Part shown: positions 37,066 through 52,000 of the stretch, piece after piece
How the letters are laid out: each line of letters opens with the position of its first letter
Position numbering within the stretch: the stretch's first letter is position 1
From: Eledone cirrhosa
Taxonomy: Eukaryota
Assembly: GCA_964016885.1 (NCBI GenBank)
Contig: OZ024743.1
Span: 5,146,001-5,210,000, forward strand
Direction: 5' to 3'
Length of the DNA stretch: 64,000 bases
Translations under genes and position numbers: made by a program
Notes under the pieces: model-generated
The model's database searches: none
The model's input: only the letters and a program-made list of their open reading frames with translations
Told to the model about the DNA's origin: nothing

Positions 37066-40000
37066 TAAAACCATTAACAAGGAGTATACAGTAATGAAAC
37101 CATTAACAAAGAGTATATAGTAATGAAACCATTAACTAGGAGTATATAGTAATGAAACCATTAACAAGGAGTATACAGTAATGAAACTATTAACTAGGAG
37201 TATATAGTAATGAAACCATTAACAAGGAGTATACAGTAATGAAACCATTAACAAGGAGTTTATAGTAATGAAACTATTAACTAGGAGTATATAGTAATGA
37301 AACCATTAACTAGGAGTATACAGTAATGAAACCATTAACAAGGAGTATACAGTAATGAAACCATTAACAAGGAGTATACAGTAATGAAACCATTAACAAG
37401 GAGTATATAGTAATGAAACCATTAACTAGGAGTATATAGTAATGAAACCATTAACTAGGAGTATGTAGTAATGATACCATTAACTAGGAGTATGTAGTAA
37501 TGATACCATTAACTAGGAGTATACAGTAATGAAACCATTAACAAGAAGTATACAGTAATGAAACCATTAACTAGGAGTATACAGTAATGAAACTAATAAG
37601 TAGGAGTATACAGTTATGATACCATTAACAAGGAGTATACAGTAATGAAACCAATAACAAGGAGTATACAGTAATGAAACCATTAACTAGGAGTATACAG
37701 TAATGAAACCATTAAGGAGTATATAGTAATGAAACCATTAACAAGGAGTATACAGTAATGAAACTAATAAGTAGGAGTATACAGTAATAAAACCACTAAC
37801 AAGGAGTATATAGTAATGAAACCATTAACTAAGAGTATACAGTAATGATGCCATTAACTAGTAGTATACAGTAATGAAACCATTAACTAGGAGTATACAG
37901 TAATGAAACCGTTAACTAGGAGTATACAGTAATGAAACCATTAACTAGGAGTATGTAGTAATGATACCATTAACTATGAGTATACAGTAATGAAACCATT
38001 AACAAGGAGTATATAGTAATGAAACCATTAACTAGGAGTGTATAGTAATGAAACTATTAACAAGGAGTATATAGTTATGAAACGATTAACTAGGAGTATA
38101 TAGTAATGAAATGATTAACTAGGAGTATATAGTAATGAAACGATTAACTAGGAGTATACTGTAATGAATCCATTAACTAGGAGTATATGGTAATGAAACT
38201 ATTAACAAGGAGTATACAGTAATGAAACGATTAACTAGGAGTATACAGTAATGAAACCATTAACTAGGAGTATATAGTAATGAAACTATTAACAAGGAGT
38301 ATACAGTAATGAAACCATTAACAAGGAGTATATAGTAATGAAACCATTAACTAGGAGTATACTGTAATGAATCCATTAACTAGGAGTATATGGTAATGAA
38401 ACTATTAACAAGGAGTATATAGTAATGAAACGATTAACTAGGAGTATACAGTAATGAAACCATTAACTAGGAGTATATAGTAATGAAACTATTAACAAGG
38501 AGTATACAGTAATGAAACCATTAACAAGGAGTATATAGTAATGAAACCATTAACTAGGAGTATACAGTAATGAAACCATTAACTAGGAGTATATAGTAAT
38601 GAAACCATTAACAAGGAGTATACAGTAATGAAACCATTAACAAGGAGTATATAGTAATGAAACCATTAACAAGGAGTATACAGTAATGAAACCATTAACT
38701 AGGAGTATATAGTAATGAAACCATTAACTAGGAGTATACAGTAATGAAACCATTAAGGAGTATATAGTAATGAAACCATTAACTAGGAGTATACAGTAAT
38801 GAAACCATTAACTAGGAGTATATAGTGATGAAAACATTAACAAGGAGTATATAGTAATGAAACCATTAACTAGGAGTATACAGTAATGATACCATTAACT
38901 AGGAGTATACAGTAATGAAACCATTAACTAGGAGTATACAGTAATGAAACCATTAACAAGGAGTATATGGTAATGAAACCATTAACTAGGAGTATATAGT
39001 AATGAAACCATTAACTAGGAGTATATAGTAATGAAACCATTAACAAGGAGTATACAGTAATGAAACTATTAACTAGGAGTATGTAGTAATGAAACTATTA
39101 ACTGGGAGTATATAGTAATGAAACCATTAACTAGGAGTATACAGTAATGAAACCATTAACAAGGAGTATACAGTAATGATACCATTAACTAGGAGTATAC
39201 AGTAATGAAACGATTAACTAGGAGTATACTGTAATGAATCCATTAACTAGGAGTATATGGTAATGAAACTATTAACAAGGAGTATATAGTGATGAAACGA
39301 TTAACTAGGAGTATATAGTAATGAAACAATTAACTAGGAGTATACAGTAATGAAACCATTAACTAGGAGTATATAGTAATGAAACTATTAACAAGGAGTA
39401 TACAGTAATGAAACCATTAACAAGGAGTATATAGTAATGGAACCATTAACTAGGAGTATACAGTAATGAAACCATTAACTAGGAGTATATAGTAATGAAA
39501 CCATTAACAAGGAGTATACAGTAATGAAACCATTAACAAGGAGTATACAGTAATGAAACCATTAACAAGGAGTATACAGTAATGAAACCATTAACAAGGA
39601 GTATACAGTAATGAAACCATTAACTAGCAGTATACAGTCATGAAACTATTAACTAGGAGTATATAGTAATGAAACTATTAACTGGGAGTATACAGTAATG
39701 AAACCATTAATTATGAGTATACAGTAATGAAACCATTCATTAGGAGTATGTAGTAATGATACCATTAACTAGGAGTATATAGTAATGAAACCATTAACAA
39801 GGAGTATACAGTAATGAAACCAATAACTAGGAGTATACAGTTATGATACCATTAACGAGTATACAGTAATGAAATGATTAACTAGGCGTATACAGAAATG
39901 AAACCATTAACAAGGAGTATACAGTAATGAAACCATTAACAAGGAGTATACAGTAATGAAACTAATAAGTAGGAGTATACAGTTATGATACCATTAACAA

Positions 40001-43000
40001 GGAGTATACAGTAATGAAACTAATAAGTAGGAGTATACAGTAATGAAACCATTAACAAGGAGTATATAGTAATGAAACCATTAACAAGGAGTATACAGTA
40101 ATTAAACCATTAACAAGGAGTATACAGTAATGAAACCATTAACTAGGAGTATATAGTAATGAAACCATTAACTAGGAGTATATAGTAATGAAACCATTAA
40201 CTAGGAGTATGTAGTAATGATACCATTAACTAGGAGTATGTAGTAATGATACCATTAACTAGGAGTATACTGTAATGACACCATTAACTAGGAGTATACA
40301 GTAATGAAACCATTAACAAGAAGTATACAGTAATGAAACCACTAACAAGGAGTATATAGTAATGAAACCATTAACTAGGAGTATACAGTAATGATGCCAT
40401 TAACTAGGAGTATACAGTAATGAAACCGTTAACAAGGAGTATACAGTAATGAAACCATTAACTAGGAGTATACAGTAATGAAACCGTTAACAAGGAGTAT
40501 ACAGTAATGAAACCATTAACTAGGAGTATGTAGTAATGATACCATTAACTAGGAGTATATAGTAATGAAACGATTAACTAGGAGTATAGTGGTGAAACGA
40601 TTAACTAGGAGTATACAGTAATGAAACCATTAACTAGGAGTATATAGTAATGAAACTATTAACAAGGAGTATATAGTAATGAAACGATTAACTAGGAGTA
40701 TATAGTAATGAAACGATTAACTAGGAGTACATAGTAATGAAACGATTAACTAGGAGTATACTGTAATGAATCCATTAACTAGGAGTATATGGTAATGAAA
40801 CTATTAACAAGGAGTATATAGTGATGAAATGACTAACTAGGAGTATATAGTAATGAAACTATTAACAAGGAGTATACAGTAATGAAACCATTAACAAGGA
40901 GTATATAGTAATGAAACCATTAACAAGGAGTATATAGTAATGAAACCATTAACTAGGAGTATATAGTAATGAAACCAATAACAAGGAGTATACAGTAATG
41001 AAACCATTAACAAGGAGTATACAGTAATGAAACCATTAACAAGGAGTATACAGTAATGAAACCATTAACAAGGAGTATATAGTAATGAAACCATTAACTA
41101 GGAGTATATAGTAATGAAACCATTAACAAGGAGTATACAGTAATGAAACCATTAACAAGGAGTATATAGTAATGAAACCATTAACTAGGAGTATATAGTA
41201 ATGAAACCATTAACAAGGAGTATACAGTAATGAAACCATTAACTAGGAGTATACAGTAATGAAACCATTAACAAGGAGTATACAGTAATGAAACCATTAA
41301 CAAGGAGTATACAGTAATGAAACCATTAACTAAGAGTATACAGTAATGAAACCATTAACAAGGAGTATACAGTAATGAAACCATTAACTATCAGTATACA
41401 GTCATGAAACTATTAACTAGGAGTATATAGTAATGAAACTATTAACTAGGAGTATACAGTAATGAAACCATTAATTAGGAGTATACTGTAATGAAACCAT
41501 TCATTAGGAGTATGTAGTAATGATACCATTAACTAGGAGTATATAGTAATGAAACCATTAACAAGGAGTATACAGTAATGAAACCAATAACTAGGAGTAT
41601 ACAGTTATGATACCATTAACGAGTATACAGTAATGAAATGATTAACTAGGAGTATACAGTAATGAAACCATTAACAAGGAGTATACAGTAATGAAACCAT
41701 TAACAAGGAGTATACAGTAATGAAACTAATAAGTAGGAGTATACAGTTATGATACCATTAACAAGGAGTATACAGTAATGAAACCATTAACAAGGAGTAT
41801 ACAGTAATGAAACCAATAACTAGGAGTATACAGTAATGAAACCATTAACTAGGAGTATACAGTAATGAAACCATTAAGGAGTATATAGTAATGAAACCAT
41901 TAACAAGGAGTATACAGTAATGAAACTAAGTAGGAGTATACAGTAATAAAACCACTAACAAGGAGTATATAGTAATGAAACCATTAACTAGGAGTATACA
42001 GTAATGATGCCATTAACTAGGAGTATACAGTAATGAAACCATTAACTAGGAGTATACAGTAATGAAACCGTTAACTAGGAGTATACAGTAATGAAACCAT
42101 TAACTAGGAGTATGTAGTAATGATACCATTAACTATGAGTATACAGTAATGAAACCATTAACAAGGAGTATATAGTAATGAAACCATTAACTAGGAGTAT
42201 ATTGTAATGAAACTACTAACAAGGAGTATATAGTAATGAAACGATTAACTAGGAGTATATAGTAATGAAACGATTAACTAGGAGTATACTGTAATGAATC
42301 CATTAACTAGGAGTATATGGTAATGAAACTATTAACAAGGAGTATATAGTAATGAAACGATTAACTAGGAGTATACAGTAATGAAACCATTAACTAGGAG
42401 TATATAGTAATGAAACTATTAACAAGGAGTATACAGTAATGAAACCATTAACAAGGAGTATATAGTAATGAAACCATTAACTAGGAGTATACAGTAATGA
42501 AACCATTAACTAGGAGTATATAGTAATGAAACCATTAACAAGGAGTATACAGTAATGAAACCATTAACAAGGAGTATATAGTAATGAAACCATTAACAAA
42601 GAGTATACAGTAATGAAACCATTAACTAGGAGTATATAGTAATGAAACCATTAACTAGGAGTATACAGTAATGAAACCATTAAGGAGTATATAGTAATGA
42701 AACCATTAACTAGGAGTATATAGTAATGAAACCATTAACTAAGAGTATACAGTAATGAAACCATTAACTAAGAGTATACAGTAATGAAACCATTAACTAG
42801 GAGTATACAGTAATGAAACAATTAACTAGGAGTATATAGTAATGAAACCATTAACTAGGAGTATACAGTAATGAAACCATTAACTAGGAGTATATAGTAA
42901 TGAAACCATTAACAAGGAGTATACAGTAATGAAACCATTAACAAGGAGTATATAGTAATGAAACCATTAACAAGGAGTATACAGTAATGAAACCATTAAC

Positions 43001-46000
43001 TAGGAGTATATAGTAATGAAACCATTAACTAGGAGTATACAGTAATGAAACCATTAACTAGGAGTATATAGTAATGAAACCATTAACTAAGAGTATACAG
43101 TAATGAAACCATTAACTAAGAGTATACAGTAATGAAACCATTAACTAGGAGTATACAGTAATGAAACCATTAACTAGGAGTATATAGTAATGAAACCATT
43201 AACTAGGAGTATACAGTAATGAAACCATTAACTAGGAGTATACAGTAATGAAACCATTAACTAGGAGTATACAGTAATGAAACCATTAACAAGGAGTATA
43301 CAGTAATGAAACCATTAACAAGGAGTATACAGTAATGAAACCACTAACAAGGATTATATAGTAATGAAACCATTAACAAGGAGTATATAGTAATGAAACC
43401 ATTAACTAGGAGTATACAGTAATGAAACCATTAACAAGTAGTATGTAGTAATGAAACCATTAACAAGGAGTATACAGTAATGAAACCATTAACAAGGAGT
43501 ATATAGTAATGAAACCATTAACAAGGAGTATACAGTAATGAAACCATTAACAAGGAGTATACAGTAATGAAACCATTAACTAGGAGTATATAGTAATGAA
43601 ACCATTAACTAGGAGTATATAGTAATGAAACCATTAACTAGGAGTATGTAGTAATGATACCATTAACTAGGAGTATACTGTAATGACACTATTAACTAGG
43701 AGTATACAGTAATGAAACCATTAACAAGGAGTATACAGTAATGAAACCACTAACTAGGAGTATATAGTAATGAAACCATTAACTAGGAGTATACAGTAAT
43801 GATGCCATTAACTATGAGTATACAGTAATGAAACCATTAACAAGGAGTATATAGTAATGAAACGATTAACTAGGAGTATACAGTAATGAAACGATTAACT
43901 AGGAGTATATAGTCATGAAACGATTAACTAGGAGTATATAGTAATGAAACGATTAACTAGGAGTATACAGTAATGAAACCATTAACTAGGAGTATATAGT
44001 AATGAAACTATTAACGAGGAGTATATAGTAATGAAACGATTAACTAGGAGTATATAGTAATGAAACGATTAACTAGGAGTATACTGTAATGAATCCATTA
44101 ACTAGGAGTATATAGTAATGAAACTATTAACAAGGAGTATATAGTGATGAAACGATTAACTAGGAGTATATAGTAATGAAACTATTAACTGGGAGTATAC
44201 AGTAATGAAACCATTAATTAGGAGTATACAGTAATGAAACCATTCATTAGGAGTATGTAGTAATGATACCATTAACTAGGAGTATATAGTAATGAAACCA
44301 TTAACAAGGAGTATACAGTAATGAAACCAATAACTAGGAGTATACAGTTATGATACCATTAACGAGTATACAGTAATGAAATGATTAACTAGGCGTATAC
44401 AGTAATGAAACCATTAACAAGGAGTATACAGTAATGAAACCATTAACAAGGAGTATACAGTAATGAAACTAATAAGTAGGAGTATACAGTTATGATACCA
44501 TTAACAAGGAGTATACAGTAATGAAACCAATAACAAGGAGTATACAGTAATGAAACCATTAACTAGGAGTATACAGTAATGAAACCATTAAGGAGTATAT
44601 AGTAATGAAACCATTAACAAGGAGTATACAGTAATGAAACTAATAAGTAGGAGTATACAGTAATAAAACCACTAACAAGGAGTATATAGTAATGAAACCA
44701 TTAACTAGGAGTATACAGTAATGATGCCATTAACTAGGAGTATACAGTAATGAAACCATTAACTAGGAGTATACAGTAATGAAACCGTTAACTAGGAGTA
44801 TACAGTAATGAAACCATTAACTAGGAGTATGTAGTAATGATACCATTAACTATGAGTATACAGTAATGAAACCATTAACAAGGAGTATATAGTAATGAAA
44901 CCATTAACTAGGAGTGTATAGTAATGAAACTATTAACAAGGAGTATATAGTTATGAAACGATTAACTAGGAGTATATAGTAATGAAATGATTAACTAGGA
45001 GTATATAGTAATGAAACGATTAACTAGGAGTATACTGTAATGAATCCATTAACTAGGAGTATATGGTAATGAAACTATTAACAAGGAGTATATAGTGATG
45101 AAACGATTAACTAGGAGTATATAGTAATGAAACGATTAACTAGGAGTATACAGTAATGAAACCATTAACTAGGAGTATATAGTAATGAAACTATTAACAA
45201 GGAGTATACAGTAATGAAACCATTAACAAGGAGTATATAGTAATGAAACCATTAACTAGGAGTATACAGTAATGAAACCATTAACTAGGAGTATATAGTA
45301 ATGAAACCATTAACAAGGAGTATACAGTAATGAAACCATTAACAAGGAGTATATAGTAATGAAACCATTAACAAGGAGTATACAGTAATGAAACCATTAA
45401 CTAGGAGTATATAGTAATGAAACCATTAACTAGGAGTATACAGTAATGAAACCATTAAGGAGTATATAGTAATGAAACCATTAACTAGGAGTATACAGTA
45501 ATGAAACCATTAACTAGGAGTATATAGTGATGAAAACATTAACAAGGAGTATATAGTAATGAAACCATTAACTAGGAGTATACAGTAATGATACCATTAA
45601 CTAGGAGTATACAGTAATGAAACCATTAACTAGGAGTATACAGTAATGAAACCATTAACAAGGAGTATATGGTAATGAAACCATTAACTAGGAGTATATA
45701 GTAATGAAACCATTAACTAGGAGTATATAGTAATGAAACCATTAACAAGGAGTATACAGTAATGAAACTATTAACTAGGAGTATGTAGTAATGAAACTAT
45801 TAACTAGGAGTATGTAGTAATGAAACTATTAACTAGGAGTATATAGTAATGAAACCATTAACTAGGAGTATACAGTAATGAAACCATTAACAAGGAGTAT
45901 ACAGTAATGATACCATTAACTAGGAGTATACAGTAATGAAACGATTAACTAGGAGTATACTGTAATGAATCCATTAACTAGGAGTATATGGTAATGAAAC

Positions 46001-49000
46001 TATTAACAAGGAGTATATAGTGATGAAACGATTAACTAGGAGTATATAGTAATGAAACAATTAACTAGGAGTATACAGTAATGAAACCATTAACTAGGAG
46101 TATATAGTAATGAAACTATTAACAAGGAGTATACAGTAATGAAACCATTAACAAGGAGTATATAGTAATGGAACCATTAACTAGGAGTATACAGTAATGA
46201 AACCATTAACTAGGAGTATATAGTAATGAAACCATTAACAAGGAGTATACAGTAATGAAACCATTAACAAGGAGTATACAGTAATGAAACCATTAACTAA
46301 GAGTATACAGTAATGAAACCATTAACAAGGAGTATACAGTAATGAAACCATTAACTAGCAGTATACAGTCATGAAACTATTAACTAGGAGTATATAGTAA
46401 TGAAACTATTAACTGGGAGTATACAGTAATGAAACCATTAATTAGGAGTATACAGTAATGAAACCATTCATTAGGAGTATGTAGTAATGATACCATTAAC
46501 TAGGAGTATATAGTAATGAAACCATTAACAAGGAGTATACAGTAATGAAACCAATAACTAGGAGTATACAGTTATGATACCATTAACGAGTATACAGTAA
46601 TGAAATGATTAACTAGGCGTATACAGAAATGAAACCATTAACAAGGAGTATACAGTAATGAAACCATTAACAAGGAGTATACAGTAATGAAACTAATAAG
46701 TAGGAGTATACAGTTATGATACCATTAACAAGGAGTATACAGTAATGAAACCATTAACAAGGAGTATACAGTAATGAAACCAATAACAAGGAGTATACAG
46801 TAATGAAACCATTAACTAGGAGTATACAGTAATGAAACCATTAAGGAGTATATAGTAATGAAACCATTAACAAGGAGTGTACAGTAATGAAACTAATAAG
46901 TAGGAGTATACAGTAATAAAACCACTAACAAGGAGTATATAGTAATGAAACCATTAACTAGGAGTATACAGTAATGATGCCATTAACTAGGAGTATACAG
47001 TAATGAAACCATTAACTAGGAGTATACAGTAATGAAACCGTTAACTAGGAGTATACAGTAATGAAACCATTAACTAGGAGTATGTAGTAATGATACCATT
47101 AACTATGAGTATACAGTAATGAAACCATTAACAAGGAGTATATAGTAATGAAACCATTAACTAGGAGTGTATAGTAATGAAACTATTAACAAGGAGTATA
47201 TAGTTATGAAACGATTAACTAGGAGTATATAGTAATGAAATGATTAACTAGGAGTATATAGTAATGAAACGATTAACTAGGAGTATACTGTAATGAATCC
47301 ATTAACTAGGAGTATATGGTAATGAAACTATTAACAAGGAGTATATAGTGATGAAACGATTAACTAGGAGTATATAGTAATGAAACGATTAACTAGGAGT
47401 ATACAGTAATGAAACCATTAACTAGGAGTATATAGTAATGAAACTATTAACAAGGAGTATACAGTAATGAAACCATTAACAAGGAGTATATAGTAATGAA
47501 ACCATTAACTAGGAGTATACAGTAATGAAACCATTAACTAGGAGTATATAGTAATGAAACCATTAACAAGGAGTATACAGTAATGAAACCATTAACAAGG
47601 AGTATATAGTAATGAAACCATTAACAAGGAGTATACAGTAATGAAACCATTAACTAGGAGTATATAGTAATGAAACCATTAACTAGGAGTATACAGTAAT
47701 GAAACCATTAAGGAGTATATAGTAATGAAACCATTAACTAGGAGTATACAGTAATGAAACCATTAACTAGGAGTATATAGTGATGAAAACATTAACAAGG
47801 AGTATATAGTAATGAAACCATTAACTAGGAGTATACAGTAATGATACCATTAACTAGGAGTATACAGTAATGAAACCATTAACTAGGAGTATACAGTAAT
47901 GAAACCATTAACAAGGAGTATATGGTAATGAAACCATTAACTAGGAGTATATAGTAATGAAACCATTAACTAGGAGTATATAGTAATGAAACCATTAACA
48001 AGGAGTATACAGTAATGAAACTATTAACTAGGAGTATGTAGTAATGAAACTATTAACTAGGAGTATATAGTAATGAAACCATTAACTAGGAGTATACAGT
48101 AATGAAACCATTAACAAGGAGTATACAGTAATGATACCATTAACTAGGAGTATACAGTAATGAAACCATTAACTAGGAGTATACAGTAATGAAACCATTA
48201 ACAAGGAGTATATAGTAATGAAACCATTAACTAGGAGTATATAGTAATGAAACTATTAACTAGGAGTATATAGTAATGAAACCATTAACTAGGAGTATAC
48301 AGTAATGAAACCATTAACTAGGAGTACATAGTAATGAAACCATTAACTAGGAGTATATAGTAATGAAACCATTAACTAGGAGTATACAGTAATGAAACCA
48401 TTAACTAGGAGTATACAGTAATGAAACCATTAACTAGGAGTATACAGTAATGAAACCATTAACAAGGAGTATATAGTAATGAAACCATTAACAAGGAGTA
48501 TGTAGTAATGATACCATTAACTAGGAGTATACAGTAATGAAACCATTAACAAGGAGTATATAGTAATGAAACCATTAACTAGGAGTATACAGTAATGAAA
48601 CCATTAACAAGGAGTATATAGTAATGAAACCATTAACAAGGAGTATGTAGTAATGATACCATTAACTAGGAGTATACAGTAATGAAACCATTAACTAGGA
48701 GTATACAGTAATGAAACCATTAACTAGGAGTATACAGTAATGAAACCATTAACTAGGAGTATACAGTAATTAAACCATTAACAAGTAGTAATGATACCAT
48801 TAACTAGGAGTATACAGTAATGAAACCATTAACAAGGAGTATATAGTAATGAAACCATTAACTAGGAGTATACAGTAATGAAACCATTAACAAGGAGTAT
48901 ATAGTAATGAAACCATTAACAAGGAGTATGTAGTAATGATACCATTAACTAGGAGTATACAGTAATGAAACCATTAACTAGGAGTATATAGTAATGAAAC

Positions 49001-52000
49001 CATTAACTAGGAGTATATAGTAATGAAACCATTAACTAGGAGTATGTAGTAATGATACCATTAACTAGGAGTATGTAGTAATGATACCATTAACTAGGAG
49101 TATACTGTAATGACACCATTAACTAGGAGTATACAGTAATGAAACCATTAACAAGAAGTATACAGTAATGAAACCACTAACAAGGAGTATATAGTAATGA
49201 AACCATTAACTAGGAGTATACAGTAATGATGCCATTAACTAGGAGTATACAGTAATGAAACCGTTAACAAGGAGTATACAGTAATGAAACCATTAACTAG
49301 GAGTATACAGTAATGAAACCGTTAACAAGGAGTATACAGTAATGAAACCATTAACTAGGAGTATGTAGTAATGATACCATTAACTAGGAGTATATAGTAA
49401 TGAAACGATTAACTAGGAGTATAGTGGTGAAACGATTAACTAGGAGTATACAGTAATGAAACCATTAACTAGGAGTATATAGTAATGAAACTATTAACAA
49501 GGAGTATATAGTAATGAAACGATTAACTAGGAGTATATAGTAATGAAACGATTAACTAGGAGTACATAGTAATGAAACGATTAACTAGGAGTATACTGTA
49601 ATGAATCCATTAACTAGGAGTATATGGTAATGAAACTATTAACAAGGAGTATATAGTGATGAAACGATTAACTAGGAGTATATAGTAATGAAACTATTAA
49701 CAAGGAGTATACAGTAATGAAACCATTAACAAGGAGTATATAGTAATGAAACCATTAACAAGGAGTATATAGTAATGAAACCATTAACTAGGAGTATATA
49801 GTAATGAAACCATTAACAAGGAGTATACAGTAATGAAACCATTAACAAGGAGTATACAGTAATGAAACCATTAACTAGGAGTATATAGTAATGAAACCAT
49901 TAACAAGGAGTATATAGTAATGAAACCATTAACAAGGAGTATACAGTAATGAAACCATTAACAAGGAGTATACAGTAATGAAACCATTAACAAGGAGTAT
50001 ACAGTAATGAAACCATTAACAAGGAGTATATAGTAATGAAACCATTAACTAGGAGTATATAGTAATGAAACCATTAACAAGGAGTATACAGTAATGAAAC
50101 CATTAACAAGGAGTATATAGTAATGAAACCATTAACTAGGAGTATATAGTAATGAAACCATTAACAAGGAGTATACAGTAATGAAACCATTAACTAGGAG
50201 TATACAGTAATGAAAGCATTAACAAGGAGTATACAGTAATGAAACCATTAACAAGGAGTATACAGTAATGAAACCATTAACAAGGAGTATACAGTAATGA
50301 AACCATTAACTATCAGTATACAGTCATGAAACTATTAACTAGGAGTATATAGTAATGAAACTATTAACTAGGAGTATACAGTAATGAAACCATTAATTAG
50401 GAGTATACTGTAATGAAACCATTCATTAGGAGTATGTAGTAATGATACCATTAACTAGGAGTATATAGTAATGAAACCATTAACAAGGAGTATACAGTAA
50501 TGAAACCAATAACTAGGAGTATACAGTTATGATACCATTAACGAGTATACAGTAATGAAATGATTAACTAGGAGTATACAGTAATGAAACCATTAACAAG
50601 GAGTATACAGTAATGAAACCATTAACAAGGAGTATACAGTAATGAAACCAATAACTAGGAGTATACAGTAATGAAACCATTAACTAGGAGTATACAGTAA
50701 TGAAACCATTAAGGAGTATATAGTAATGAAACCATTAACAAGGAGTATACAGTAATGAAACTAATAAGTAGGAGTATACAGTAATAAAACCACTAACAAG
50801 GAGTATATAGTAATGAAACCGTTAACTAGGAGTATACAGTAAAGATGCCATTAACTAGGAGTATACAGTAATGAAACCATTAACTAGGAGTATACAGTAA
50901 TGAAACCGTTAACTAGGAGTATACAGTAATGAAACCATTAACTAGGAGTATGTAGTAATGATACCATTAACTATGAGTATACAGTAATGAAACCATTAAC
51001 AAGGAGTATATAGTAATGAAACCATTAACTAGGAGTATATTGTAATGAAACTACTAACAAGGAGTCTATAGTAATGAAACGATTCACTAGGAGTATATAG
51101 TAATGAAACGATTAACTAGGAGTATACTGTAATGAATCCATTAACTAGGAGTATATGGTAATGAAACTATTAACTAGGAGTATATAGTAATGAAACCATT
51201 AACTAGGAGTATACAGTAATGAAACCATTAACAAGGAGTATACAGTAATGATACCATTAACTAGGAGTATACAGTAATGAAACCATTAACTAGGAGTATA
51301 CAGTAATGAAACCATTAACAAGGAGTATATAGTAATGAAACCATTAACTAGGAGTATATAGTAATGAAACTATTAACTAGGAGTATATAGTAATGAAACC
51401 ATTAACTAGGAGTATACAGTAATGAAACCATTAACTAGGAGTATATAGTAATGAAACCATTAACTAGGAGTATATAGTAATGAAACCATTAACTAGGAGT
51501 ATACAGTAATGAAACCATTAACTAGGAGTATACAGTAATGAAACCATTAACTAGGAGTATACAGTAATGAAACCATTAACAAGGAGTATATAGTAATGAA
51601 ACCATTAACAAGGAGTATACAGTAATTAAACCATTAACAAGGAGTATACAGTAATGAAACCATTAACTAGGAGTATATAGTAATGAAACCATTAACTAGG
51701 AGTATATAGTAATGAAACCATTAACTAGGAGTATGTAGTAATGATACCATTAACTAGGAGTATGTAGTAATGATACCATTAACTAGGAGTATACTGTAAT
51801 GACACCATTAACTAGGAGTATACAGTAATGAAACCATTAACAAGAAGTATACAGTAATGAAACCACTAACAAGGAGTATATAGTAATGAAACCATTAACT
51901 AGGAGTATACAGTAATGATGCCATTAACTAGGAGTATACAGTAATGAAACCGTTAACAAGGAGTATACAGTAATGAAACCATTAACTAGGAGTATACAGT